A stretch of 47,814 nt of DNA from Chloroflexota bacterium (GTDB taxonomy: Bacteria > Chloroflexota > Anaerolineae > Anaerolineales > UBA11858), in NCBI GenBank assembly GCA_018263575.1, contig JAANWX010000056.1, forward strand, positions 1 to 47,814. Reading direction: 5' to 3'. The notes beneath the pieces were generated by a model, which was not told the origin of the DNA, did not search any database, and was given only the letters and a program-made list of their open reading frames with translations. Positions 10,208-19,175 of the stretch are shown piece after piece. Both the position numbers and the translations under genes were made by a program. How positions within the stretch are numbered: the stretch's first letter is position 1; each line of letters begins with the position of its first letter.

Positions 10208-10822
10208 TCAGAAACTAACGATTTGATTAAATTTTTCATCGTCATCTTGAAAGAGTACATTGTTAGCGTAGTCTTGATGATATCTGACAAATGTTTCGCG
10301 ACTCCCAAACCAATCCAGTACAGTTTCTCGCTGTACCAATGTCGGGGAACTTCCTACAATAGCCTTTTAGGAACTGAACAACCATGCTTCATAGCTTTTG
10401 CACAGTCCAACTTGAAGTGGATTAGCATGTATATAGAGAACTAAACGTAAAAGGTGTTTCTTATCTCTGACGGGCTTGCGTTTGAATTTGTATTGAAAAA
10501 GGCTACCAGTACGGTCAAAACGCTTGTTGAAACTTTTAGCATAGCTGATGAAGAAATCTCTATAAGCCTTTTCTAAAGGTGTAAGTTTACGGTAGCCTGG
10601 CTTTCCAGGGGGAGAAGCTTTTGAAGCATTCCGTGTTGTTTCTTTTACACATGACAAAAAATGGAAGTGTGTGGGCATTAAACAATAGGCATAGGTGTCT
10701 ATATGTGGAAGCAGGTATTTTTTGTAGCGTTGTAGAAAGAATAGGTAGTTTTCTTTCTCCCTGAAAATTTTCTCGCAATTATTGCCCCTATTGTAGACGT
10801 GGTAAAAGATTCCTTCTTCCAT
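10208..10822 (-). pseudogene. REP-associated tyrosine transposase (RAYT, Y1 HUH family) interrupted by TAA at 10367-10369
   Basis: YHVYNRGNN, YAYCLMPTHFH (HUH), RTGSLFQ, YIHANP; the frame continues after the stop with RAYT-like text (PTLVQRETVLDWFGSRETFVRYH) to TGA at 10208. Confidence 0.85.
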
Positions 10823-10835
10823 GCTCTTTCCTCCG

Positions 10836-10884
10836 GCAGACGCAGACTACAAAAGTCTCCGAGACTTTTGTAGTTTGCGTCTGC
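10836..10884. repeat. 24-bp-arm palindrome just upstream of the RAYT, same core as the neighbouring REPs
   Basis: GCAGACGCAGACTACAAAAGTCTC-C-GAGACTTTTGTAGTTTGCGTCTGC, one mismatch. Confidence 0.85.
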
Positions 10885-10920
10885 TCTGCTGTCTGCTCCT
10901 ATTATCTGCTTTAACTTAGT

Positions 10921-11655
10921 CTAATTATTTTTCTGTTTCCGCCGCCCTGCTATCCAGGCTAGAAATATACCTAAGAAGTACAGGCCCAGGAGAGGCAGCA
11001 TCACCAACATCATGTTGAACGGATCGGGGGTGGGGGTTATACCTGCGGCCAGGATAGCGATGGCGATAGCAGCGAATTTCCAACCACTGAGCAATTGTTT
11101 CGAGGTGACAATATTGAGGTGCGCCAGGAAATAGCACACTAACGGCATCTCGAAACTGACGCCTACCCAAAATATCAAGGAAAGGATGAACGGGATGTAT
11201 TCATCGACCATCCAAGTCGGTTGGATCACGTCTGAGAGAAAGCCCAGCAGGAAGGGAATGGCGGCGGGAATCATGACAAAATAGGCAAAGGCGCCCCCTA
11301 ATAGAAAAAACAACGTCACGGCGGGAATAATCCAATAAAGGGATCTGCGTTCTTTGCGGGTCAGTCCCGGTGTTATAAAGCCCAAGAGTTGGTAGGTGAT
11401 GAAGGGTAGGGCGACAACGACTCCCGATAGGAGTGAAATGCGCATGAAGATGCCAATGGATGTTGTTGGGCGGGGCGCGATGACGGGATACTCCCCCATG
11501 GGTGCCAGCAGAAAGCCTAAAATCGGTTTTGAGATAAAAAAGCAGCCAGCCCCAGCGACGATGAGGACGATGGCGGATTTAACTAAACGCTTTTGTAGTT
11601 CCCCCAAGTGTTCGAGCAGCGACATGCCAGATTGTGGTAGTGCCTCTTCAGACAT
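10921..11655 (-). CDS. tatC: Twin-arginine translocase subunit TatC
   Basis: MSLLEHLGELQKRL, FITPGL, FEMP, ITPTPD; multiple TM helices. Confidence 0.95.
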   Translation of the reverse strand: MSEEALPQSGMSLLEHLGELQKRLVKSAIVLIVAGAGCFFISKPILGFLLAPMGEYPVIAPRPTTSIGIFMRISLLSGVVVALPFITYQLLGFITPGLTRKERRSLYWIIPAVTLFFLLGGAFAYFVMIPAAIPFLLGFLSDVIQPTWMVDEYIPFILSLIFWVGVSFEMPLVCYFLAHLNIVTSKQLLSGWKFAAIAIAILAAGITPTPDPFNMMLVMLPLLGLYFLGIFLAWIAGRRKQKNN

Positions 11656-12148
11656 CAGTTTTACTTCTTTGGGTTGAATCCCTATCAGCTATCTCGGAGC
11701 GTAATTCGTGCACCATCTTTTCCAATTCTTTTACGCGGTCGTTTAGTACTTGCTGTTGATCAGCGGATGTCGCTTGCCTTGACACTTTTTGCTCAGGCCC
11801 CGATTCGGTGCCAGCATCCTCATCCTTGTTGGTCGATGAAGAGGCGATGTGGGGCATCGGTCTAATACTTTGTTTAACAGCATTTTCAATGGGTTGGACA
11901 GTTTCCTTTACGCCATTATAGGCCTTGTTCGTGTCGTTTAGGGTATCTTTGACCTCATTAACCACGTCAGAGACTCCTGTTTCTTCATTTAATCTGTCCA
12001 TGAATTGTGCCATTATGCGCTGGGAAACCCGAGCATAATATCCCAGTTTTTTCGCGATAATGGGCAATTTTTCTGGCCCAAACAGGATTAGCCCCAAGAT
12101 AAGGATAAAGAATACTTCAATCCCATTAAAATTGGATATGATATTCAT
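11648..12148 (-). CDS. tatB: TatB-like subunit
   Basis: E.FFILILGLILFGPEKLP; lies between tatA and tatC. Confidence 0.85.
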   Translation of the reverse strand: MNIISNFNGIEVFFILILGLILFGPEKLPIIAKKLGYYARVSQRIMAQFMDRLNEETGVSDVVNEVKDTLNDTNKAYNGVKETVQPIENAVKQSIRPMPHIASSSTNKDEDAGTESGPEQKVSRQATSADQQQVLNDRVKELEKMVHELRSEIADRDSTQRSKTDV

Positions 12149-12153
12149 TTAGT

Positions 12154-12336
12154 TTAGGGGTTCTGTTCTTCGTCCTCTGGGCTGTCGGCTTCGTCTTTGC
12201 CTACATCTAAAGCATTTTTGAATTCGTTGATAGCTCCGCCTAGACCTTTGCCAATATCCGTCAGTCGGCTCGCGCCAAAGATCAAGAGCACAATTATCAA
12301 GATGATTACCCATTCCCATACGCCAAAGCTTGCCAT
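12154..12336 (-). CDS. tatA: TatA/TatE subunit
   Basis: 60 aa; LLIFGASRL...GKGLGGAINEFK; AAGGAG RBS. Confidence 0.92.
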   Translation of the reverse strand: MASFGVWEWVIILIIVLLIFGASRLTDIGKGLGGAINEFKNALDVGKDEADSPEDEEQNP

Positions 12337-12568
12337 TTTATTTCTCCTTATGAATCGTGAAACGTAAAAAGTGAATCGTGAAAATTTTTCTTTACGATGT
12401 ATCTAAATTATATGAATTTTCTACTCTCTAAGCACGTAAGCCTTTTGTTGAATGCTGCTTGGATTATATGTTGGTTATTAACGGGCGTCAAGCAGCCAAG
12501 AAAGCGGTATATTCTAAAAGTCGTTGTAAATTTCTATCCTAATAAAGGGAGTCTATCAAGGCCGAAAG

Positions 12569-13018
12569 TTAGGTGACATCATCGTTGTCACTGACTGAAG
12601 AAGTTGGTGGATGCCAACCAACACTTATCCAGCGACTTCGTGCATATACAATAACGGGGTTGTTCATATTCAAGGCCACAATTGTTGCTCGAGCTATTGC
12701 GGTTAAGCCAATTACGTATAACCCAGATTCACCCCATTGGAAATGATCAGTCCAGGACTGCTGTCGGGGGTGAAAGAGAGGTACCATTTCTCCAGTCAAT
12801 GGGTCTTGGATATTGGAGACACTACCCTTAAACTCGTTGCAGCGTCGGCAAGCAAAGCAGAGGTTTTCAAAAACAGTATCACCGTTTTGGACTTGAGGTT
12901 TAATGTGATCCACTGTCATTGGTTGGCCAGTGTTGGCTTCGGTGGTATAGCAATAAGCACAGTGGCGGTTATCGGCCTCAAGCAAACGGTTGCGCAAATC
13001 CGGTGGCAGATAACTCAT
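12569..13018 (-). CDS. HNH endonuclease
   Basis: CAYC...VDHIKP...G...NLCFACRRCN; LFHPRQQSWTDHF. Confidence 0.9.
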   Translation of the reverse strand: MSYLPPDLRNRLLEADNRHCAYCYTTEANTGQPMTVDHIKPQVQNGDTVFENLCFACRRCNEFKGSVSNIQDPLTGEMVPLFHPRQQSWTDHFQWGESGLYVIGLTAIARATIVALNMNNPVIVYARSRWISVGWHPPTSSVSDNDDVT

Positions 13019-13021
13019 TGG

Positions 13022-13462
13022 TTATAATTTGTCCGCTGATGGAATCTGGTGTCCACGCCATTGCAATAGGACTGCAGCATGAGCCTTGAGCAACATCTGC
13101 CGGTCAAAGTCGGCGCGGAGTTGTTTTAGCTCTTTTTGCTCTTGGGTAGAAAGAGTTTGATTGGTGTGTTTATCCAGTAGTGATTGATATCGATCTGTCT
13201 GGGTTGAATCGGCTTGAGTGCGTGCGATGCGCCATAGAGATGCATCATCCATTCGATCTAGGGCAGCTAAATCTGCCTGAAATTCAGCCGGCGCGGTTTC
13301 CCAGGTCGGCGGACTACCAACTTGTAAAGCATGCAATGTTGTTTCTTGCAGAGATTGGCGAGTAGCTTGCGCGGTTTGTTCCAATCGTAGATATAAACTC
13401 TCCGGTAGTTTTACAGTAATACTTCTTTTAGGGGGGGGGCTTGTGATATGGCTCATTTTCAA
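13022..13462 (-). CDS. Hypothetical protein with RHH-like N-terminus, probable partner of the HNH gene
   Basis: ITVKLPESLYLRLEQTAQ; stop 3 nt before the HNH start; start may be 13456. Confidence 0.65.
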   Translation of the reverse strand: MKMSHITSPPPKRSITVKLPESLYLRLEQTAQATRQSLQETTLHALQVGSPPTWETAPAEFQADLAALDRMDDASLWRIARTQADSTQTDRYQSLLDKHTNQTLSTQEQKELKQLRADFDRQMLLKAHAAVLLQWRGHQIPSADKL

Positions 13463-13671
13463 CTCCCTGGATTTTACTTTTTTCCTTTGGGCGAAATGTG
13501 AGAACTATAATAAGGGTATTATATACTGCCTAGTAGCAGCGTCAATTGCTACCGATCCATTAGAATTCACGTGGATCAATACGATGAATTGTGCCCACGA
13601 TATCAAAACCAGAATCCGACGTGATGATTTCTTTACTTATCTTACGCTTATTGTCAAGAGACGTGAAAGCG

Positions 13672-15105
13672 CTACCCTGTTTCTAAGATATACGCAATCT
13701 CCTCACGCACCCCTTCAGGGAGCGGTTGTGGATTGTGGTCCTCGATGATGGACAAAGTCTTGTCGCGCAGTCGTTGCCCCAAGCCTCTGCCCCCCTCCGC
13801 CAGCCACTCCTCGGCCCGTTGCCGGCTGAATAAGGTAGGTTGCCAAAAATCTTGGAAATGGTCGAAGGTGTGATCGCTGGCCAAGAAATCCCCGCCCGGC
13901 CCAACCTGATGGATGACTTCCTTGGCCAGGGATTCAGCATCCAGGGAGATACCATCCATGAAACGCCGCATCATGGAGATGGTCTCCGCGCTGAAGACGA
14001 TCATCTCCGGTGAGGTGGTCAGGCCAGCTTCTAAATAGCCTACGTCGTGCACCAGGTTGTTCCCCGCCAAGAGCGCTACTAGCACTGAGAACGTGGCGTC
14101 AGCGGCGGCTTGTTCATCCATGAGGCAACTATCCGAATGTCCGGCGTAACCCCAACTGGGCAGGTGATAAAATCGTCCCATTTCGGCTACAGCTATGCGC
14201 GCCAGTTGAAACTCTGGAGCGCCGCCGTACACGCTGATGGTGGTTTTCATGTCCATGTGATGCAGCCCGCTCCCATAGACAAAGGGTGCGCCAGCGTGTT
14301 TAAGTTGGTGCATTACCAGGCTAGAGAGCATCTCCGCGTTTCCCAGGGCCAGACCGCCCGCCAGCGTCGCCGGAGCGGTTCCGCCCATCATTGGCGCGGG
14401 GGAGTGGACGATGGGCAAGGTATTATCGGCCATATAGAGCAGCTTGTCCGTGGCCGTTTCCGAGTGTTGCAGGGGTGTGGATGGTTCGGAGTAGAGCAGC
14501 AGGGTGGGGTTGAGGCGTAATGCTTCCATCCCTCCCGCCGCTGAGGCAGCCATGGCTGCGATGGCTTCACAATCGGCCCGGTCATCGCACACGAAGACGA
14601 TGGGCTTGGTGGTATGTTCTAGCATCAGCGCGAATTGATGTTGGTAGGCGTTGTCGGTATCTAGCTCTGAGGGGATGCCCATGGACATGCAAAAGTCGAG
14701 TTCTGGCAGGGCATCTACCACGTGGATGGCATCCACCACATCGGGGGTGGTGAACGGACGGCGCTCGCCCGTGCGCGGGTCAAGGTAATTGAGGCAGTCG
14801 GAGCCAGTCCCGAAATTGACCTTCCTCCCTTCTAATGGCGCGGCAACGTGATTGCTTCCCCGCCGGCAGAGGGCAACCCGCGGGGGAGCTTGCTCCAAGG
14901 CCCACGCTACCAGCCCGGCTGGAAAACGCACCAGATTCTCATCTGTTATCACGGCGTCAGTCTGACTCAAGAGGTCTAATGCCCCGGAGTGAAAGACGCG
15001 CACGCCGGTGCGGCGTAATATCTCTAGTGAAGTGCGGTGAACTAATTCGCATTGGTCTTGGTTGAGCATTCCCAGTTTAGGGAAAGCAAATGTGTTTTGG
15101 GTCAT
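13672..15105 (-). CDS. MttB-superfamily methyltransferase, non-pyrrolysine, copy 3
   Basis: 477 aa; FGTGSD, YSEPSTPL, MDMKT, GYAGHSDSC, HDVGYLE. Confidence 0.9.
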   Translation of the reverse strand: MTQNTFAFPKLGMLNQDQCELVHRTSLEILRRTGVRVFHSGALDLLSQTDAVITDENLVRFPAGLVAWALEQAPPRVALCRRGSNHVAAPLEGRKVNFGTGSDCLNYLDPRTGERRPFTTPDVVDAIHVVDALPELDFCMSMGIPSELDTDNAYQHQFALMLEHTTKPIVFVCDDRADCEAIAAMAASAAGGMEALRLNPTLLLYSEPSTPLQHSETATDKLLYMADNTLPIVHSPAPMMGGTAPATLAGGLALGNAEMLSSLVMHQLKHAGAPFVYGSGLHHMDMKTTISVYGGAPEFQLARIAVAEMGRFYHLPSWGYAGHSDSCLMDEQAAADATFSVLVALLAGNNLVHDVGYLEAGLTTSPEMIVFSAETISMMRRFMDGISLDAESLAKEVIHQVGPGGDFLASDHTFDHFQDFWQPTLFSRQRAEEWLAEGGRGLGQRLRDKTLSIIEDHNPQPLPEGVREEIAYILETG

Positions 15106-15375
15106 ATTTTTTCTCCTGTTCTAACCTGGGCAAGCCAGGGTCAAATAGTTTGTCTGCTACGAAGATACCATCTTGGTCCTCACCCTACCCTCGCTCTGCG
15201 TACGGTGTACAGCCCGCCCGGTGGGCAACCCTAGGTTGTAGGCTGTGCCGTTGGGCATCCCACGGGGAGAGGGGAGTAGGCACCCCTGTAGCACGTAGAG
15301 GGGCCGGTCAACTCACAGTCCGTCACTCGCGCCTCGCAACTCGTAATTCGCACCTTGTAATTCGCATCTCACACC

Positions 15376-16242
15376 TCACACCTCGTTACTCGCCCGTTGA
15401 AACGCCAAATACAAAGCTTCGCTGACCAAGGTGGGGATGATTTGAAGCCGATATTCACGCGAGGAACGCATTAGGCTGCTGCGGGGATTGGCCTCCGCTT
15501 GGGCCAGCTTGGCCGCTTCTTGGATGGTCTCTTTGGTTATTTTTCTCTCGTTTAGATAAACCTCTGCCTTTCGCATGCGTTTTGGGCGGGATGCAACAGG
15601 GCCTAGGGCTAGGGTGACATTGTTCTCCTGGGCGTTGATTTCGAGTTTTACAGCGCAATTCAAGATGGGAAGCACCAGGGCAGGACGACGTCCTACCCGC
15701 TTCCAGGCGGTGCCGGTTTGGGAGCCGGGACGCGGGAAACGCAGGTGGGAGACGACTTGGCGGGTTGGGTCAATGGTGGAGAGGCCGGGGCCACGGAACA
15801 TGGATTCAACCGGTTGCCAGCCTGCGCCTTGCTGATCGACAACGCGTGCCTCAGCTTCAAGAGCGAGGGCGATGATGGCCCCATCCGCGGCGGGCATGGC
15901 CTGGACAATGTTGCCCACCCAGGTGGCCGCGTTCTGGATGGCCGCAGCGCCCACGCAACTGGCAGTGTTGACCAAAGCGGGCGTGTGGTGGCGTAAAAAG
16001 GGATGGCTTTGTATGGCGGCGAAGGTCACGGCCGCTCCCACGGTGAGATAAGAATCCGAGACCTGGATCTCGTCCAGGCCGGGAATCCGGGTGATGTCCA
16101 CCAAACAACACGGAGCGAGCGTGCCCTCCCGAATGGCTGGCATGACGTCCGTTCCCCCGGCGATGACGCGGGCATGGCCATCGTGTTGGGCCAAGACTTG
16201 GATGGCTTCTTCAAGTGTGGAGGGGTAGGCGTAGTGTGTCAT
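15376..16242 (-). CDS. Xanthine dehydrogenase family FAD-binding subunit
   Basis: IAGGTD, IQNAATWVGN, AMPAAD, SSREYR. Confidence 0.9.
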   Translation of the reverse strand: MTHYAYPSTLEEAIQVLAQHDGHARVIAGGTDVMPAIREGTLAPCCLVDITRIPGLDEIQVSDSYLTVGAAVTFAAIQSHPFLRHHTPALVNTASCVGAAAIQNAATWVGNIVQAMPAADGAIIALALEAEARVVDQQGAGWQPVESMFRGPGLSTIDPTRQVVSHLRFPRPGSQTGTAWKRVGRRPALVLPILNCAVKLEINAQENNVTLALGPVASRPKRMRKAEVYLNERKITKETIQEAAKLAQAEANPRSSLMRSSREYRLQIIPTLVSEALYLAFQRASNEV

Positions 16243-16319
16243 TGTTGGCGGGTCAGGTGGGTTGGGAGATCAGTAGATCGGTGGATCAGTAAATTGGTAG
16301 ATTGGTTCTAATTTGTCTC

Positions 16320-16414
16320 GATTGAAATCGAGGCTGATTTGCGAAACCGACCTGCGTCGGTTCAAGCCTAATCCGCGAAGGCGGATTTCGCACGCCAGCG
16401 GCGAATTCATTCGC
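16320..16414. repeat. REP-like palindromic cluster
   Basis: AACCGACCTGCGTCGGTT, AATCCGCGAAGGCGGATT and GCGAATTCATTCGC hairpins between the XDH subunit genes. Confidence 0.6.
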
Positions 16415-19175
16415 TTTGATCTGCGAAGGCTTGAATTGCCTGCAAAACCCGTTCTGGCGTAGCGGGGACAGCCCGAACTCTAGCCCCGATGGCGCGTGAA
16501 ATGGCGTTAATGATGGCCGGTGCGGTGGGCATAATGGCGGCTTCGCCCAATCCCTTGGCGCCAAAAGGTCCTAAAAAGCTGGGGACTTCGACTAATTCTA
16601 CCGTAATCTTGGGCATGGACATGGTGGTGGGGATGTAATAATCGCTGAAGCCTGTGCTCTTGCCGGGGAGGTATTCCTCCATGAGCGCTGTGCCCAGGCC
16701 CATGAGGACGGCGCCTTCAATTTGGCCTTGAGCATCAAGGGGATTGATCGCCCGCCCCACATCGTGAGAGGCGGCCAGGCGGGGAACGGTGACTTCCCCT
16801 GTGCGGGTGTTTACGGTCACTTGGGCGACTTGCGCTCCGGTGACAAAGAGCGGCACGTACTCTGGCCTGGTTTCTTTGGGGAAGTTGGGGGAGAGGTCAA
16901 AAATCCCCGGCACCCGGCGGGATTTCCCGATGCGCTCCATTTCCTGGGCTACGGCGCTCAAATCTATGCCTGTAGGAGATGTCTTTTGGGCACATCGAAC
17001 CTGGTCGGTGTCTAAGACCAGAGCGTTGGGAGGGCAGTCGAGCATCTCTGCGGCGGTGCTGAAAATCCCTGTTTTCAGGACCTTGGCGGCCTGACAAACG
17101 GCGCTGCCGACAAAATAAGTGGCCCGTGAGGCGCCCTGGATGCCGCTGTCAGGTGCGAGGGCTGTATCGGCGTTGATGACACTGACTCGCTCGCGCGGCA
17201 CGCCCAGCGCCTCGGCGGACAATTGGGCCATGGTTGTGTTGCTTCCCTGGCCGTAATCTGGCGCGGAGCAATAGATAATGAAGTTTCCATCCTTGGCCAG
17301 CTCAGCGTGGGCTTCAATTTTTAATGACCCTGATTTTCCAAACCGATACCACATGCCAGAAAGCCCCACACCCATGCGCAGTAGTGAGTCTTGATGGCCC
17401 TTGTTGAAGGCGGCGGCTTCGCGAAGGAAATTCTGGTAATAGGGCTGAATAGCATCCAAGACTTCCTGGTAGCCCAGGGATTCCGCTATGGGGTAGCCTA
17501 AAAATGAAACACTGTCTTGGTCAATGGCGTTTCTACGCCGGAATGCCAAGGGGTCTTGGTCCAGGGTTTGGGCCATTTCGTCCAGGGTGCATTCCAGGGC
17601 AAAGATTGATTCTGGCGAACCAAAGCCGCGGAATTGCCCTCCTTTGGGACCGTTGGTGTAGACGCTTTGGGCGTAGGCGTCCACGGCCTGGTAGCGGTAC
17701 GGTCCACCGCTGGCTGTGAGGGCGTAATTAGCGATATATTGCCCGTGGCCGTCATAGCCGCCGGTGTTGGCGTCCACGCGGGCGTGAATGCCGGTCAGGC
17801 GGCCATGGTTGGTGGCCCCAAGCCGGTAGCGAACGTGGTAGGGATGGCGCTTTGGAGAAGCCTCGAAGGATTCCCGCCGAGAATATGCAAGTTGAACTGG
17901 ACGCTGGGCGTTGAAAACGGCCAGGGCGGTGGTGATAAAGGGCCAAGGGTCTTGCCGGCCGCCAAAGGATCCGCCCGTGGGCGGCATGATCACGCGCACT
18001 TCCTCAGGGTCAAGGGCTAGGGAGGCAGCAATGTAGCCCTGTTGCCAGTGCGGTTCGTGTGTGCCGCCCATCACGGTGAGACGCCCTTCCTGGTCAAAAT
18101 ACCCTAGCAAGGCTTCTCGTTCTAAAGTGGCGTGCTCTTGCCAGGTGGTCGTGTAGCAGCTTTCGAGAATGAGATCAGCTTCAGCAAAGCTGGCTTCCAA
18201 ATCGCCGTGAGCTTCTTCTTCTGAGGTGAGAATATTGCCATGTGGATAAATAGGGAGTGCGTCTTCGGCTAAGGCGGTTTTAAGGTCGAAGGTATGCGGC
18301 AGCGGTTCGTAGGTGGCAAGCACGGCATCTAGTCCTGCCTGGGCTTGTTTGGGGGAGGTGGCGACAACCAGGGCCACCGGCGCCCCGCGCATTTTAACGC
18401 TCTCACCGACCGGGGTGAGGACCGGCTCGTCCCGGCTGTAATCGCCCAGGCCATTTTCGCCGGGGATATCCCTGGCGGTGAGAACACAGAGGACGCCCTC
18501 CACTTGCTCAGCCGCGCTGGTGTCCAGGGCGAGTAAGCGCGCGTGGTGGTGGGGACTGCGCAGCACGCCGGCGTAGGCCATCTCCGGGAGGGTGATATCC
18601 TCCACGTATTGCGTTTGCCCGGTGACCTTGTCGCGGGAGTCGGTGCGGATGGCGTTCCCGCCGATGAAAGGGGCGGAAGTCTGGAACTGGTCGGGCAGCG
18701 GGGACCCTTCCCCCCGGAGGCGGGCGGCGGCCACCTCCACAGCCTGGACAATGCGTTGATAGCCCGTGCAGCGGCAAAGATTGCCGGCCAAGGCGGTGAC
18801 GATCTCCTCCCGGGTCGGGCTAGGCTCCTCCCCCAAAAGGGCTTTGGCCGCCATGAGGACCCCCGGCGTGCAGTAGCCGCATTGCACCGCGCCCAACTCG
18901 ATGAAGGCTTCCTGGAGCGGGTGCAGGGCCTCAGGCTGGCCCAATCCCTCAACGGTGAGCACGCGCCGCCCAGCGACCTTGCCCATCGGGGTCAGACAGG
19001 AGCGGACGGCTTTCCCATCCAGGAGCACGGTGCAGGTTCCACATTCTCCCTCGTGGTCACAACCCTGTTTGGGGCCGGTGAGGCCTAAATCCTTCCGGAG
19101 CACATCCAAGAGCGGGCGGGCGGGGTCAACGTTGATGTTTATGGGATAGTGGTTGAGGGTAAAGCTAAGCTTCAT
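16407..19175 (-). CDS. Xanthine dehydrogenase/aldehyde oxidoreductase family fused [2Fe-2S] + molybdopterin subunit
   Basis: GCDHEGECGTC, QCGYCTPG, NLCRCTGY; GGSFGGR, FRGFG, AKGLGE (catalytic Glu); start MKLSFTLN overlaps the upstream stop. Confidence 0.92.
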   Translation of the reverse strand: MKLSFTLNHYPININVDPARPLLDVLRKDLGLTGPKQGCDHEGECGTCTVLLDGKAVRSCLTPMGKVAGRRVLTVEGLGQPEALHPLQEAFIELGAVQCGYCTPGVLMAAKALLGEEPSPTREEIVTALAGNLCRCTGYQRIVQAVEVAAARLRGEGSPLPDQFQTSAPFIGGNAIRTDSRDKVTGQTQYVEDITLPEMAYAGVLRSPHHHARLLALDTSAAEQVEGVLCVLTARDIPGENGLGDYSRDEPVLTPVGESVKMRGAPVALVVATSPKQAQAGLDAVLATYEPLPHTFDLKTALAEDALPIYPHGNILTSEEEAHGDLEASFAEADLILESCYTTTWQEHATLEREALLGYFDQEGRLTVMGGTHEPHWQQGYIAASLALDPEEVRVIMPPTGGSFGGRQDPWPFITTALAVFNAQRPVQLAYSRRESFEASPKRHPYHVRYRLGATNHGRLTGIHARVDANTGGYDGHGQYIANYALTASGGPYRYQAVDAYAQSVYTNGPKGGQFRGFGSPESIFALECTLDEMAQTLDQDPLAFRRRNAIDQDSVSFLGYPIAESLGYQEVLDAIQPYYQNFLREAAAFNKGHQDSLLRMGVGLSGMWYRFGKSGSLKIEAHAELAKDGNFIIYCSAPDYGQGSNTTMAQLSAEALGVPRERVSVINADTALAPDSGIQGASRATYFVGSAVCQAAKVLKTGIFSTAAEMLDCPPNALVLDTDQVRCAQKTSPTGIDLSAVAQEMERIGKSRRVPGIFDLSPNFPKETRPEYVPLFVTGAQVAQVTVNTRTGEVTVPRLAASHDVGRAINPLDAQGQIEGAVLMGLGTALMEEYLPGKSTGFSDYYIPTTMSMPKITVELVEVPSFLGPFGAKGLGEAAIMPTAPAIINAISRAIGARVRAVPATPERVLQAIQAFADQSE

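Noticed and set aside
10367-10369. Programmed readthrough of the RAYT stop
   Set aside because: TAA is not a Sec/Pyl codon; a single substitution from a Tyr codon explains it.
15121-15314. HEARO/omega RNA or group II intron fragment
   Set aside because: Only short word matches (GTTGACC, CTACGT, CGTACGGT); no IscB, TnpB or RT gene and no recognisable domain V.
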